The position numbers and the translations under genes were made by a program. A stretch of 64,000 bases of DNA from positions 18,925 to 82,924 of IMG/VR virus record IMGVR_UViG_3300037520_002383; one strand, written 5' to 3'. The stretch is from a virus. This document shows, one piece after another, positions 53,952 to 63,488 of this stretch (position 1 is the stretch's first letter; each line of letters starts with the position of its first letter). Under the pieces are notes generated by a model. It searched no databases, was not told where the DNA came from, and was given only the letters and a program-made list of their open reading frames with translations.

Positions 53952-56045
53952 TCAGAGCCCAGCCCACAGACCATTTACGAATCGTCCGAGATCGCCGGCG
54001 GCATTTTTGATTTGACGGAGACGCATGATCTCGGGTCGGGGGTCGATATCGAATGACCTTAGCACGTCAGCCATGACATCTTCCGACAATCCGGCCAACC
54101 AAGACTTCATGCGCATGGCGGCCGCTGCTGGTAGATCGGGCATGACCGCCAGCTTGTCTTTCGGCGCAAAGGTGTTGAAAGTTGATCCAAAAGGCAACAT
54201 AAATCGCAGGTAGTAGGGGGTAAATGACTGGCGATCGTGTGCGGGATCAAAATGAACTCCCGCAAATGTCGAGCCATGATCGATCAATCGGATCTCGCCA
54301 TCTGGATTCATCAGCATGTTGTGGCCATGGCGATCGCCGTTGCCAGCCACCCAATCCAATACCGACCATTGCCATATTCGACCGCGCAAGCGATAGGACT
54401 CCAGCGCCGACAAAACTCGTCCGGCGTCGTCTTCGCGAATGTCAATCAGAGGACGGTATTCGGCGGGAAGAAAGAAAATAGCCGCATAAAGTTTGTCGCC
54501 ATCAACCCTCATCCATTCGGTGCGGGAGAGATCTGCAGCCAGCCCCCAAGAGCGCGCTAACTGCCAAAAGGCGCTCTCACGAGCGCTTGGCGGCGAAAGA
54601 TCATCCTCAATGCCCTTTATGGGCCCCGCACGACCACTACCCGGCTTCATGTACCAACTACCACTGGGCGTGTCGATAAAGAAAGAACCGGCGCTGTGTC
54701 GGCCATCAAGGTGAGCGGGTCGAGCTGAAAAGATGTTCTGGTTCAGAAGCTCAGCGACATCTTCTCCGCTTGAATGCATTGCCTCTACCCGTGACTGCGG
54801 GGTTACCGGTAGATCGGCAAGATGTTTTGAAGAATCCGATGCCCCAAGACGATCGCCTTGGTTTTTGATCAAGACTTCGGTTTTTACGAGTGGCATCATT
54901 TCGACAGCCGATTTCAGGATGTCGCGATTTTCCGGCGTATCAAGCCAATCAATAGCCGCCAAGGCCGTGGCCACGGGGTCAGCGTCATTCAGCCATGCAA
55001 GCTCACGAATATGTCGTAGAGTGTCGTCGTCGTCTCGTACCTTGCCGCCAGTCAACGATAATGCTGTGCGCCAATGCGCGTATATACTCGGTGGCAAAGT
55101 CAACAATGCGTCGCGAGCCGCTTCTGATTTATGCAGACGCGCGGTAGACATATAATCAGCAATCCGCTGAGAAATATCTAATGAGATATTACGCATCATC
55201 GCCAGATGACGCAATGCGTCCATATCATTTTCCCTAATCGCCGTTTCCATCCATTCTTCAGCGTCGTCTTCGGTGAGCGGCGCCGACAAGGGCACTCGAT
55301 ACCAGGCCTCTTGCGGCGTTACTAGTTGTTCCCAAAACTGCCGCCAGACATCTTCAGGCATCAGAGCCTGCACATCGGGGCTAGCGCCGTCAATGAACAA
55401 AAGCAAGGGATTCTCTTGGAACGGCAGATCGGCTGGCGAACGCTGCGCCAGATGACGATAAAGGGTGGGCACGAACTGCAGTGGCAGGGTCGGCTGCAGG
55501 GCATCCAATAAATGTTGGCCATCGCCTGCTGATTCTATATCTAGCCGCTTCAGCAACGCATCGCGCCCATCGTCCGTTCGCAGATGTCGGGCGTTGTATT
55601 CGCTGGCCGCGGGATGGCCGATGATATCAAGGAGTCGATGCAGCTGAACGTGTCGCACTACATCACACCAAGCCTTAGCGTCATGCAAATGATGAATGAT
55701 ATCCGATGCCGGCAAATCATTCACAACTCGGTTTACGATCGCCCGTGAAACATGTCGAGGGCCAAAGCCCGGCATCGTCGTCGCCAGCGCCCTCTCTCGC
55801 GCATCGGGGTCGGAAATGGCCCTGAAGGCATCCTCTTCTTCTTCGGGAGCAGGCTGAAACGGAACGACTTCCTCGCCCTTATGATTCAAAAACCACTCAT
55901 GGGCCGTTGCACGAATGGCCGCAGACGCCGCGGCGTTGTTGAGGTCGTCAACACTCGCCAAAGCGGAGGCAATCTCGCTGCGCCCCGATCTGGGGTTCAG
56001 TACGATTCTCTCGGCCGCCTTCAATGTCGCGATTACGTCGCTCAT
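53952..56045 (-). CDS. helical-repeat protein fused to a HipA/PI3-4K-like kinase
   Basis: WYMKPGSG, ARESAF, DWVAGNGDRHGHNMLM, LIDHG. Confidence 0.75.
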   Translation of the reverse strand: MSDVIATLKAAERIVLNPRSGRSEIASALASVDDLNNAAASAAIRATAHEWFLNHKGEEVVPFQPAPEEEEDAFRAISDPDARERALATTMPGFGPRHVSRAIVNRVVNDLPASDIIHHLHDAKAWCDVVRHVQLHRLLDIIGHPAASEYNARHLRTDDGRDALLKRLDIESAGDGQHLLDALQPTLPLQFVPTLYRHLAQRSPADLPFQENPLLLFIDGASPDVQALMPEDVWRQFWEQLVTPQEAWYRVPLSAPLTEDDAEEWMETAIRENDMDALRHLAMMRNISLDISQRIADYMSTARLHKSEAARDALLTLPPSIYAHWRTALSLTGGKVRDDDDTLRHIRELAWLNDADPVATALAAIDWLDTPENRDILKSAVEMMPLVKTEVLIKNQGDRLGASDSSKHLADLPVTPQSRVEAMHSSGEDVAELLNQNIFSARPAHLDGRHSAGSFFIDTPSGSWYMKPGSGRAGPIKGIEDDLSPPSARESAFWQLARSWGLAADLSRTEWMRVDGDKLYAAIFFLPAEYRPLIDIREDDAGRVLSALESYRLRGRIWQWSVLDWVAGNGDRHGHNMLMNPDGEIRLIDHGSTFAGVHFDPAHDRQSFTPYYLRFMLPFGSTFNTFAPKDKLAVMPDLPAAAAMRMKSWLAGLSEDVMADVLRSFDIDPRPEIMRLRQIKNAAGDLGRFVNGLWAGL

Positions 56046-59000
56046 GTTTCACCGTAGGCTGCAGCAATGGCCTTGCCCTTCTGATACTCTTTCTGCGCCG
56101 TCTTCAGGTATTCGTCAAGATGTTTCGACGTACCGTCTGAAATCAGCCAGTCTTTCAGGTTGTCGTGCAGCGACTCATAACCCCTGTTCCAGCCCATGGA
56201 CGACTTCGGTTCCATGTCGTTGTTCATCATGATTAGGGAGATGATGTTGCCGAGACGCGCGTCCTCGATACCACCACCCCTTGACGGGCTGCGTTTGGCC
56301 AGCAGGGCATGGTTGACAACGGCGTTGTTGAGGCGTTCGTTGTCGCCATCGATTTCTCTTCGATGAGCAAAGGCGACGAGACGCGCAAACTGAGCACAGT
56401 TGTGCGTGTAGGCCATCGGGATCTTTGCGTCCACCTCGCCGGTGTCGGTGAAATGGAAGAAGTGCTTAGCCTCACGCCGCTTCTGATCTTCCTCGGCGGT
56501 TGCGGCTGGCGGCAGCATGTGGCTGAGGGCGACGTCGTGCGAGTAGTGACGAGCCGGGATCTCGGTCGTCGCCTCTTCCATCGCCGCCTGCGGTCTCATG
56601 CCCTTTCCACGCGACTCGTAGTCGTGATCGCGGTGTGAAACGCTGTGAAACAGTTCGTGCATCACCACAGACCAATGGTCGTGGTGGGCGTCGAGGTCGA
56701 AGGCTGCCGATCCGCCAAGAGACTCCATGAAGCGGCCGGCGTGGTTATCATGCACCTTGACGCCGCCACCGTCTTTGGCGACATAGACGCCGCCAACATT
56801 GGCGCCCAGCTGCTCGCCGCTGGCCCTGCCGACCGACGTCAACGGCAGCGACTGACCGCCTTCGTTGATACCGGTGACATGCGCTAGACCACGGCGTAGA
56901 CGCTGAAAGTGAGATAGGTTTCGGGCGTCGTCGAATGCTGCGCCCCACTTGCCTAATGTATCTGCATGCACCTGCGCTATCGCCTTGCTGCGCAGGTCAC
57001 CAGAGGCCGCGGAGGCCGCGCGCATGGCCTTGTTGTGGGCTGCACGGATGTCGCTGGGCTGATGCGGGAAGGCGAAGTCCTCGTGCTTGGGTATGAACGA
57101 AGGGTCGATCTTCGGCGGCGGCCGATTCACGAAGTCCATCTTCTTGAGGCGCTCAGCGGCGGCACCGGCGTGTGCCGGCTCCTGCCAGAACTCATCCTGA
57201 CCATAGGCGCGGACGACGCCCATCGGCTGCTTGGCTAGATGCGTGGGCTCCTTGGTCTTCAGGGCCTTCCAGAACTCGTGGTTGCCCGTCGGCTCGCCAA
57301 TCGGCTTCTCGGCCTTCAGGAGATAGGAATAGGCGCCGGCACCGTCGTCGTAGTCCGAGCCCAACTTCGCATTCGGCTTGTACTCCGGCTCGTAGGCCAT
57401 GCCATGTTTTTGCGCCAAGTGTTGATGGGTGCGCGAAGCCGCCGTTGAGTGCTCCTGACCCGCGACACTGCGCAGCCCCAAATGGTTCTTGGCATGGGCC
57501 AGAAGTGCCTCATACATTGCCACTCCCAGCCCCTGTCGCCTCAGAGCGCGATGTAGGAAGGTGTTCGTGATGTTGAGTGTCTTGCCGTCGACGCCACCGG
57601 AGGCAGTACCCACTTGCTTGCCTTCGCTGTTGTAGAGTCGCACATGGGGTGTACGGCCGCCTGACGCCTTGATATCCATCACGCGCAGCGACAGTCCCTG
57701 ACTGCGATGTTCAGGCGTCAGCAGATGGTTGTAGTCAAAGGTATTTGCGTCGATCCTCTGCCCAACGGGAATATCCTTGAGCGCCATCTTCTGGAGATCG
57801 ACCTGCGACTTCCGCAGGAAGGTCTCTCGGTACGGGCCGTAGGAATCCAGTGCCTCCTGAGCGTCGGTAACGTGAGGAATGTTGCCGCCAGCCACGGAAT
57901 AAAGGCGTGTGATGGGGCGACCGCTGAAGTCGTTCTCGGTGATGAAGCGCTTGTCGGGATTGTCAAGAGCCTCGTCGAGTTTGTGGAAGGAGTAGCCGTT
58001 CAGCGTCGTAGACGCCACGGGCTTCTCGTCCCAAACCTCAGACGTTTGTGCGTAGTGCCTCTCGGGAGTCTCTGGAGTCCCCTTAGCTCCAGTGACGCCG
58101 GGAGTCGCAAGGATCTTGTCCCAGACCTTGTTGGCTGTCGGCGAAACCGACGAGTCGCTGCGCATCGTCCCGTGGTACCGCAGCATGCGGCGGTAGAGCA
58201 GGGTGCCGTAGCCCGTGCCCTGGGCGCTGGCGTGCGTTGCCGTCTCGCCGTGTTCAACTGCGCCATCACCGCGAACTGTGGCTGCCGACGACGACACGGC
58301 GAACCCAGTGGGCTCCTTGTCGTAGGAGAGTATGTGGGTCACCGCATAGCCGCCGTGATCGTACGGCGTGTGCTTCACGACGTGATGGTACAGCGGCTTT
58401 TCGCGGGCATGTGACTGCTCGCCCGGCGGACGCTGATTGTGCGGAACCTGATATGTCTCGACACTCTGCAGCCCGCCCTCATACTCACTGGCGCGATGAG
58501 GCCTCATGGCCCCCTGCGCAACCTCATAAGCCATTTTCTTCAGCGTGCGGGGCTTGATCTGCACTTTCGCCGGCGCCTTCATGCCCTGCATCGTCTTCAT
58601 GTATTCTTTGACGTAGCCGGACTTGGCGATCTGTTGAGGCGTGGCCTTGAGGGCGGCACCGCGGCCCCAGCGCCAGCCATAGGCTGTGCGCTCTGGCGTC
58701 TTCAGCTTGTCCTTCAGCCACTGCCAGTGATCGGAGGCGACCTCGTTGTAGAACTTGGAATCATTGTGAAACTTAGCCGTAAACTCTTCTGGATCAAGTC
58801 CCGGATACTTGGCTTGCAGCGCCTTACTATTCTGATACTGATCGTATGCAGAAATAGGCTTCATACCCAGAGCACCATACGCTGTATGAAATACTCCCTT
58901 GGAGTGAGGCTCGTGGTGTACGTTTTTACCAAAAGAAGATTCTAGGTGCGCAACGGGATGGAGGCCCGGATGCAAACCCTCTGCCGTCCATTTGCTGGGG

Positions 59001-60010
59001 TCTGTTTTGGGTGGAGGCGCCGATAGAACTTGGGGCTGAGTAACCTCCACGGCCGCCGAGGGCGACAATACCGGACCATGTAGTTGGCTTCCCAAAGCAA
59101 ATCCGCCAAGGCCAATAGCCGCCGCCAGTGCCTTTTCCTTCAGCCCCTTTTCAAGCCGGTGGCTGTCGCCGAGGTGCAGTGTCGGCAGTGCGTCGGCAAC
59201 CAACTGCACATCAGCCTCAGTCGCCGGGCTTTCGGCGTCAGGCATCTTTTGGTGCTGGATGTCGACGACGCTGACGGGCTGATGAGTATGAATCTGCTCG
59301 TTGTTGAGCCACTTTCCGGCCCATTCGTTGGCTGCGTGGTCACCATAGGCGTCATGAATCGTGTTGCCAACACGAGCGCCGACGTGGTGAATGTCATCCC
59401 CCAGCTGAATGCCGACGAGCCTTGCCTCTGGATGCTTCTTTTGGATGGCCCTCGCCAGCAGATTGCAGCCGCCGGCGTGCCATGACGACCCCGCGGCGGC
59501 GGTCTGATCGAGTACGCCGTAGCTTTCGTTGGACCCGCACCACTCAGCGAGCCCCGAGCTTTTCACGAGATCGGGATCCCAATCCTGCATTCCCAGCAGC
59601 CTCAGGGTGACGTTGCGGGGGGAATGCAGGTGGTCGCCGATCTCCTTTGGCAGACCGTCGCTGACATTGACCCAGCGCCATTCGCTGCATTCGTTGTCGG
59701 GGTCTTCTTCTGTCGTCACCCGAGGCTTCTCGGCGTCGTGCAAAACAACTTGATAGGCATGAACAAGGATTCGGCGCTTGCCGGAGTCGACGACCTCGGC
59801 GCCCAAGGATTCCAAGACCTCCTGGGTCTGCAGGCCCGTTTCTTCCTGAAGTTCACGGACAGCGCCGTCGTAGGCATCTTCGCCTTCATCTAGATGGCCA
59901 CCCGGCAATGTCCAGCGGCCATTATCCCGGCGGCGACCCCAAAGCATATCGCCCGCATCATCAAAGACGGCAATGGAGGCGACTTCGACGGCATCTTTGG
60001 TATCAGCCAT
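56042..60010 (-). CDS. polyvalent virion polyprotein: Nudix, papain-like, SLT/lysozyme-like, GNAT x2, zincin
   Basis: GGHLDEGEDAYDGAVRELQEETG; GGCNLLA..HHV..HDAYG; HLESSFG..AYG; QGTGYGTLLY; RRQGLGVAMY; HELFH..EEATTE. Confidence 0.75.
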   Translation of the reverse strand: MADTKDAVEVASIAVFDDAGDMLWGRRRDNGRWTLPGGHLDEGEDAYDGAVRELQEETGLQTQEVLESLGAEVVDSGKRRILVHAYQVVLHDAEKPRVTTEEDPDNECSEWRWVNVSDGLPKEIGDHLHSPRNVTLRLLGMQDWDPDLVKSSGLAEWCGSNESYGVLDQTAAAGSSWHAGGCNLLARAIQKKHPEARLVGIQLGDDIHHVGARVGNTIHDAYGDHAANEWAGKWLNNEQIHTHQPVSVVDIQHQKMPDAESPATEADVQLVADALPTLHLGDSHRLEKGLKEKALAAAIGLGGFALGSQLHGPVLSPSAAVEVTQPQVLSAPPPKTDPSKWTAEGLHPGLHPVAHLESSFGKNVHHEPHSKGVFHTAYGALGMKPISAYDQYQNSKALQAKYPGLDPEEFTAKFHNDSKFYNEVASDHWQWLKDKLKTPERTAYGWRWGRGAALKATPQQIAKSGYVKEYMKTMQGMKAPAKVQIKPRTLKKMAYEVAQGAMRPHRASEYEGGLQSVETYQVPHNQRPPGEQSHAREKPLYHHVVKHTPYDHGGYAVTHILSYDKEPTGFAVSSSAATVRGDGAVEHGETATHASAQGTGYGTLLYRRMLRYHGTMRSDSSVSPTANKVWDKILATPGVTGAKGTPETPERHYAQTSEVWDEKPVASTTLNGYSFHKLDEALDNPDKRFITENDFSGRPITRLYSVAGGNIPHVTDAQEALDSYGPYRETFLRKSQVDLQKMALKDIPVGQRIDANTFDYNHLLTPEHRSQGLSLRVMDIKASGGRTPHVRLYNSEGKQVGTASGGVDGKTLNITNTFLHRALRRQGLGVAMYEALLAHAKNHLGLRSVAGQEHSTAASRTHQHLAQKHGMAYEPEYKPNAKLGSDYDDGAGAYSYLLKAEKPIGEPTGNHEFWKALKTKEPTHLAKQPMGVVRAYGQDEFWQEPAHAGAAAERLKKMDFVNRPPPKIDPSFIPKHEDFAFPHQPSDIRAAHNKAMRAASAASGDLRSKAIAQVHADTLGKWGAAFDDARNLSHFQRLRRGLAHVTGINEGGQSLPLTSVGRASGEQLGANVGGVYVAKDGGGVKVHDNHAGRFMESLGGSAAFDLDAHHDHWSVVMHELFHSVSHRDHDYESRGKGMRPQAAMEEATTEIPARHYSHDVALSHMLPPAATAEEDQKRREAKHFFHFTDTGEVDAKIPMAYTHNCAQFARLVAFAHRREIDGDNERLNNAVVNHALLAKRSPSRGGGIEDARLGNIISLIMMNNDMEPKSSMGWNRGYESLHDNLKDWLISDGTSKHLDEYLKTAQKEYQKGKAIAAAYGET

Positions 60011-60021
60011 GGCTTGTTCCT

Positions 60022-60873
60022 TCACAGTGCGCCGACGACGATCTTCTTTCCGAAGATGTTTCGAAGATGCCCCATCAACGTCTTTTTCTGTTCCTGCAAC
60101 TCCATCACTCGCTGCTGGAAGAGATTGGCGCCGGCAACCGATACCGACTGCGAAAGACCATCGATGCCCAGACTATGGCTGCCGACCAAGGCAAATGTGG
60201 GCGCCAGAATCCCCAGGGTCTCTATGGCCGCGATGACGGCCACCAACTCATTGACCAAGGTCGGTAGCTGGCCATCCGGAAAGCCTGCTGTGTATTCAAT
60301 AGTCCAATAAGCGGGAATGCGTCCGGTCATCGTCATATGATGCATCATTGCCAGGCCATAAGGCGAGCCAGTGCCGAGTGCGGCGAATGTGGCGCCGGTG
60401 TTGGCCGGCGACAGCGGCAGGATGTAGACTTGACCACGAGCCAGGTAGCCGGGTTCAATCCATTGCGGCGGCACCGTCCAGACGTCGACGCCGTTGCTGT
60501 CTTGAATCGAAAGCTTATCGACGCTTGACGCCGGACGATTATCTAGGCGAAAATATCCATAGCTATCAAACTCCTGACGGTCAAACGCCTTGCGTTCACG
60601 AAACTTAGTGGGCATCAGCGTCAATCGCGTTTCGGTTTCTAGCATCATCACAGCGCGGCGGATGATGTCTTTCAGTAACTCATCCGTGATACGCGGCGCA
60701 GGATCGTTGGAACGAGCCTGACGCCAGGCGCTGTGCAGTGGCAGCCCCCAAAGCTTACGCATATGCAGCTGCTCTGGCGTTACCAGTGGCTCTAGCCGTT
60801 GCCACGCTGTTTCAATGGCATTGGGCAAATAAAGATCTTTACCAATAGACTTAGAGTTGCCATAATCAGCCAT
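60022..60873 (-). CDS. head-tail adaptor/neck protein
   Basis: IPAYWTIEYTAGF..LP, SHSLGIDGLSQSVS. Confidence 0.7.
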   Translation of the reverse strand: MADYGNSKSIGKDLYLPNAIETAWQRLEPLVTPEQLHMRKLWGLPLHSAWRQARSNDPAPRITDELLKDIIRRAVMMLETETRLTLMPTKFRERKAFDRQEFDSYGYFRLDNRPASSVDKLSIQDSNGVDVWTVPPQWIEPGYLARGQVYILPLSPANTGATFAALGTGSPYGLAMMHHMTMTGRIPAYWTIEYTAGFPDGQLPTLVNELVAVIAAIETLGILAPTFALVGSHSLGIDGLSQSVSVAGANLFQQRVMELQEQKKTLMGHLRNIFGKKIVVGAL

Positions 60874-60881
60874 AAACCACC

Positions 60882-61280
60882 TCAGGGCATGATAAGCAGG
60901 GCCGCCAACAAACGTCCAGAAATAATACGAGATCCTTCTGTGAGGGTGTACTTCAATCCCACAGTTCCTCTTAGTTTTGTTGTGTCTTGAGACATCAGCT
61001 CAACTCGCCAAACAGAGGGGTCTTGAGCAAATGGCTGGCTAGCGATTTTCGTGACACGCTTGCTTTCGTCGATATTGTCAAATACAACCTGTAGGGTTGC
61101 TCCGGCTGCCGGCATATATCGAACGACGGGGCTGTTCAAGTCCCATGATAATCGCATGGCATTTACTAGCTGCAGATTGACGGTCAGTGGATCGCCGGCG
61201 ACGACCGAGATTTCAGTGGCGAGTTCCATTGAGTTGACGCTTTGAACGTCATCAAGGAGGCGGATTGCGATTTGAGGCAT
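60882..61280 (-). CDS. virion structural protein (Ig/BppU-like)
   Basis: beta-rich; late motif upstream. Confidence 0.55.
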   Translation of the reverse strand: MPQIAIRLLDDVQSVNSMELATEISVVAGDPLTVNLQLVNAMRLSWDLNSPVVRYMPAAGATLQVVFDNIDESKRVTKIASQPFAQDPSVWRVELMSQDTTKLRGTVGLKYTLTEGSRIISGRLLAALLIMP

Positions 61281-61308
61281 GGCTGAGGCTCCAAAAAGTG
61301 CGTCGGCC

Positions 61309-62241
61309 TCAAGATTGCGCCTCGACGGCCGGCGGCCACACGATTGAAAGTCCCTGGGGGGTTAGCTGAGCCGAAAAACGCCCCTGACCGGTTTCCAGCA
61401 GCAAACGCTCCGGCGTCTCATAATCGATCGACCCTTCAAATACTAGGTTGTTGGCGACGGAACGAACGCCGGCGTAGCCTACGATCATGCCCTCAATGCC
61501 GCGGATAGGCACCAAACGGCTATTTTCATCGCCCTCTGGACCATACACAATCCCCTGCACCGGAAATGTACGGGCTTGATCGATATCCATAACCCTGACA
61601 TTAGCCGGCAAGGCGCCGGGAATCTGAGCCGGCAAGGGGTCTGGTGGCTCCTCGTCAATACCCATAAAGGCCTCTGGCGATGGCCTGGGAACCTCAGAGG
61701 CCTCATGAAGCTTGGCTGTGGCCTCGGGAAGAGATCGCCCCATCCACGGGAGGCTGCTGCCCAGGGTACGGGAAGCGAGATAGAAGAGATCGCGAGCCAC
61801 TTCGGTATCCGACAGCCAGTGCTCGTGGGCCATGCGCACGACCTTAGCTACGACGCCATCCTCGGACGCCCTCAGCAGCCCCCAGGCCGCAGGCAGGCCC
61901 TTGATGTCTTCGTCACGGACGTCGTGCGACACCAGAAGCCAGCCAGTAAGTCGCTTGCTCTGTGGCAGCAGTTCCCATTTGCCGGCGCTCATGTCCTCGC
62001 GCCGCGCGTCGGCGCGGCTACCCTTCACCTCCACGATGTCGATCCGATATTGGTTGCCCTTCTTGGCACAACCAACGGCATCTGCCCGAAAAATGCAATC
62101 CAGGGGTGAGCAAAGTCTGCTACATAAGCCGGTGACGCCCACCTCATCTGCCATAACTCGACATTCCCGGCGCACCCAAAGCCAAGAAAAAGCCAGAGCC
62201 GTGAGGGCTCTGGTGGATTCCGCACGAGAAAAAATGGACAT
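61309..62241 (-). CDS. PD-(D/E)xK (MmcB-like) nuclease with an extra C-terminal domain
   Basis: DEV...RADAV...IVEVKGSRAD...KW...LP..WGLL. Confidence 0.65.
   Translation of the reverse strand: MSIFSRAESTRALTALAFSWLWVRRECRVMADEVGVTGLCSRLCSPLDCIFRADAVGCAKKGNQYRIDIVEVKGSRADARREDMSAGKWELLPQSKRLTGWLLVSHDVRDEDIKGLPAAWGLLRASEDGVVAKVVRMAHEHWLSDTEVARDLFYLASRTLGSSLPWMGRSLPEATAKLHEASEVPRPSPEAFMGIDEEPPDPLPAQIPGALPANVRVMDIDQARTFPVQGIVYGPEGDENSRLVPIRGIEGMIVGYAGVRSVANNLVFEGSIDYETPERLLLETGQGRFSAQLTPQGLSIVWPPAVEAQS
61311..61316 (-). promoter_or_regulatory. putative late promoter AATCTT
   Basis: 31 nt upstream of ATG 61280. Confidence 0.6.
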
Positions 62242-62245
62242 CACA

Positions 62246-62470
62246 TCAGCCTCCGGAGGCGTCATCCTCCTTATTGGCCATAGCACTGAACGCCTCTTCT
62301 TCCTTCTCGCGATCGACATCTGCCTCAACTTCGGTGCCCAGCAGGCGATCTATGACTTGACTAAGATGGCGACTCATCGGCCGCCCACTGCCAACCATCA
62401 TCTTCGATCCAATGACCTGTAGAGCCATTTTGGGTCGAAGGCCTTTTATTTGATGGCAGATTTCACACAC
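62246..62470 (-). CDS. small CxxC protein
   Basis: GTG start CEICH; fits operon. Confidence 0.45.
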   Translation of the reverse strand: MCEICHQIKGLRPKMALQVIGSKMMVGSGRPMSRHLSQVIDRLLGTEVEADVDREKEEEAFSAMANKEDDASGG

Positions 62471-62774
62471 GACGGAGTCCGTGTTGCTGATGGAAGTCAT
62501 CCTGTTCGCGGTAAAACTGGTTGGGGCTGATAACCTCCCAATCCTCACTCAACTCCATCAGCGTCGGCAGATAGGCCCCACGCCCGCCTCGATGATCGGG
62601 CACCATCTTGAAGCGAACTGGCGCCTCGGCGTCAGGTACAAGGGCCTGTATGCCAGTCCACGACCTGGGACGCGCCCAGATAATACTGTCGCTATAAGAA
62701 ATGTCATGGTGCGCGCCATCGCGCATCGCCATAAAGGCAGCCTGTGCCTTCTTGAGGGCAGCGACAAAGTCCAT
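62463..62774 (-). CDS. DUF2829/Tad2-like protein
   Basis: MDFVAAL...ARPRSW...YLPT..ELSEDWEV. Confidence 0.45.
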   Translation of the reverse strand: MDFVAALKKAQAAFMAMRDGAHHDISYSDSIIWARPRSWTGIQALVPDAEAPVRFKMVPDHRGGRGAYLPTLMELSEDWEVISPNQFYREQDDFHQQHGLRRV

Positions 62775-63488
62775 TCAATCCTCCTTCAGCAGTGATGGTG
62801 ACCAGTGACTGAAATACCGCGGCATCTCAGGCTGGATGACTTGCCACATCTTTGTGACGAGAATGCGGAACTCCTTGTCGGCGACCTCAGCATCGCGGCG
62901 CGGGAACATTTGCAAAAAAGCCGCAGCGTTGCCGCTCCACGTCAGTCGCGTCTCGATGCCGTTCGGCAGGATGCGAGCCGCAGCGCCCTGAGCCGTTTTC
63001 CGGTCATGCCCCTTGGCCACCATGTGCTCCACGACGCCCCTGTAGGCGTTTCGCCAAGCGCTATCAAACTTCGCTAGTTTCTCGTGCAACTCAGGCGACA
63101 AGTCATCGAGATCTGGATGCATCATCACCCGCGACTCGGCCTCGGAAACGTAACGGGTGCTGCGTTGGCTGGGGCTGAAACCGACGTGATGCCGCACAAG
63201 CTCGTGGCTCAGATTGCGGGTAACGCCCGTGATCCACAGCACGAAGTGGCTGTGGTAAAGCACGTTTGGATGATAGTGCTCCAAGATATTTGCATGAAAG
63301 TCATCGCTGTTGCGGCCTCGGCCAAAGGAGTCGTAGCAACCGCGACCTGCAAACTCGGCGATTTTTTCGCCTTCCGTCCCTTGCATTTGATCGGGACGAC
63401 AACGCCGGAACTCCTCGATGTCATCGCCGACAAAAGAGGGTCTGGCAATCAAGCGAACGCTAATCGGAGAAGAATCAATCTGAGTCAT
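62775..63488 (-). CDS. thyX: FAD-dependent thymidylate synthase
   Basis: EFAGRGCYDS, HELVRHHVGFSPSQRSTRY, ARILPN. Confidence 0.9.
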   Translation of the reverse strand: MTQIDSSPISVRLIARPSFVGDDIEEFRRCRPDQMQGTEGEKIAEFAGRGCYDSFGRGRNSDDFHANILEHYHPNVLYHSHFVLWITGVTRNLSHELVRHHVGFSPSQRSTRYVSEAESRVMMHPDLDDLSPELHEKLAKFDSAWRNAYRGVVEHMVAKGHDRKTAQGAAARILPNGIETRLTWSGNAAAFLQMFPRRDAEVADKEFRILVTKMWQVIQPEMPRYFSHWSPSLLKED

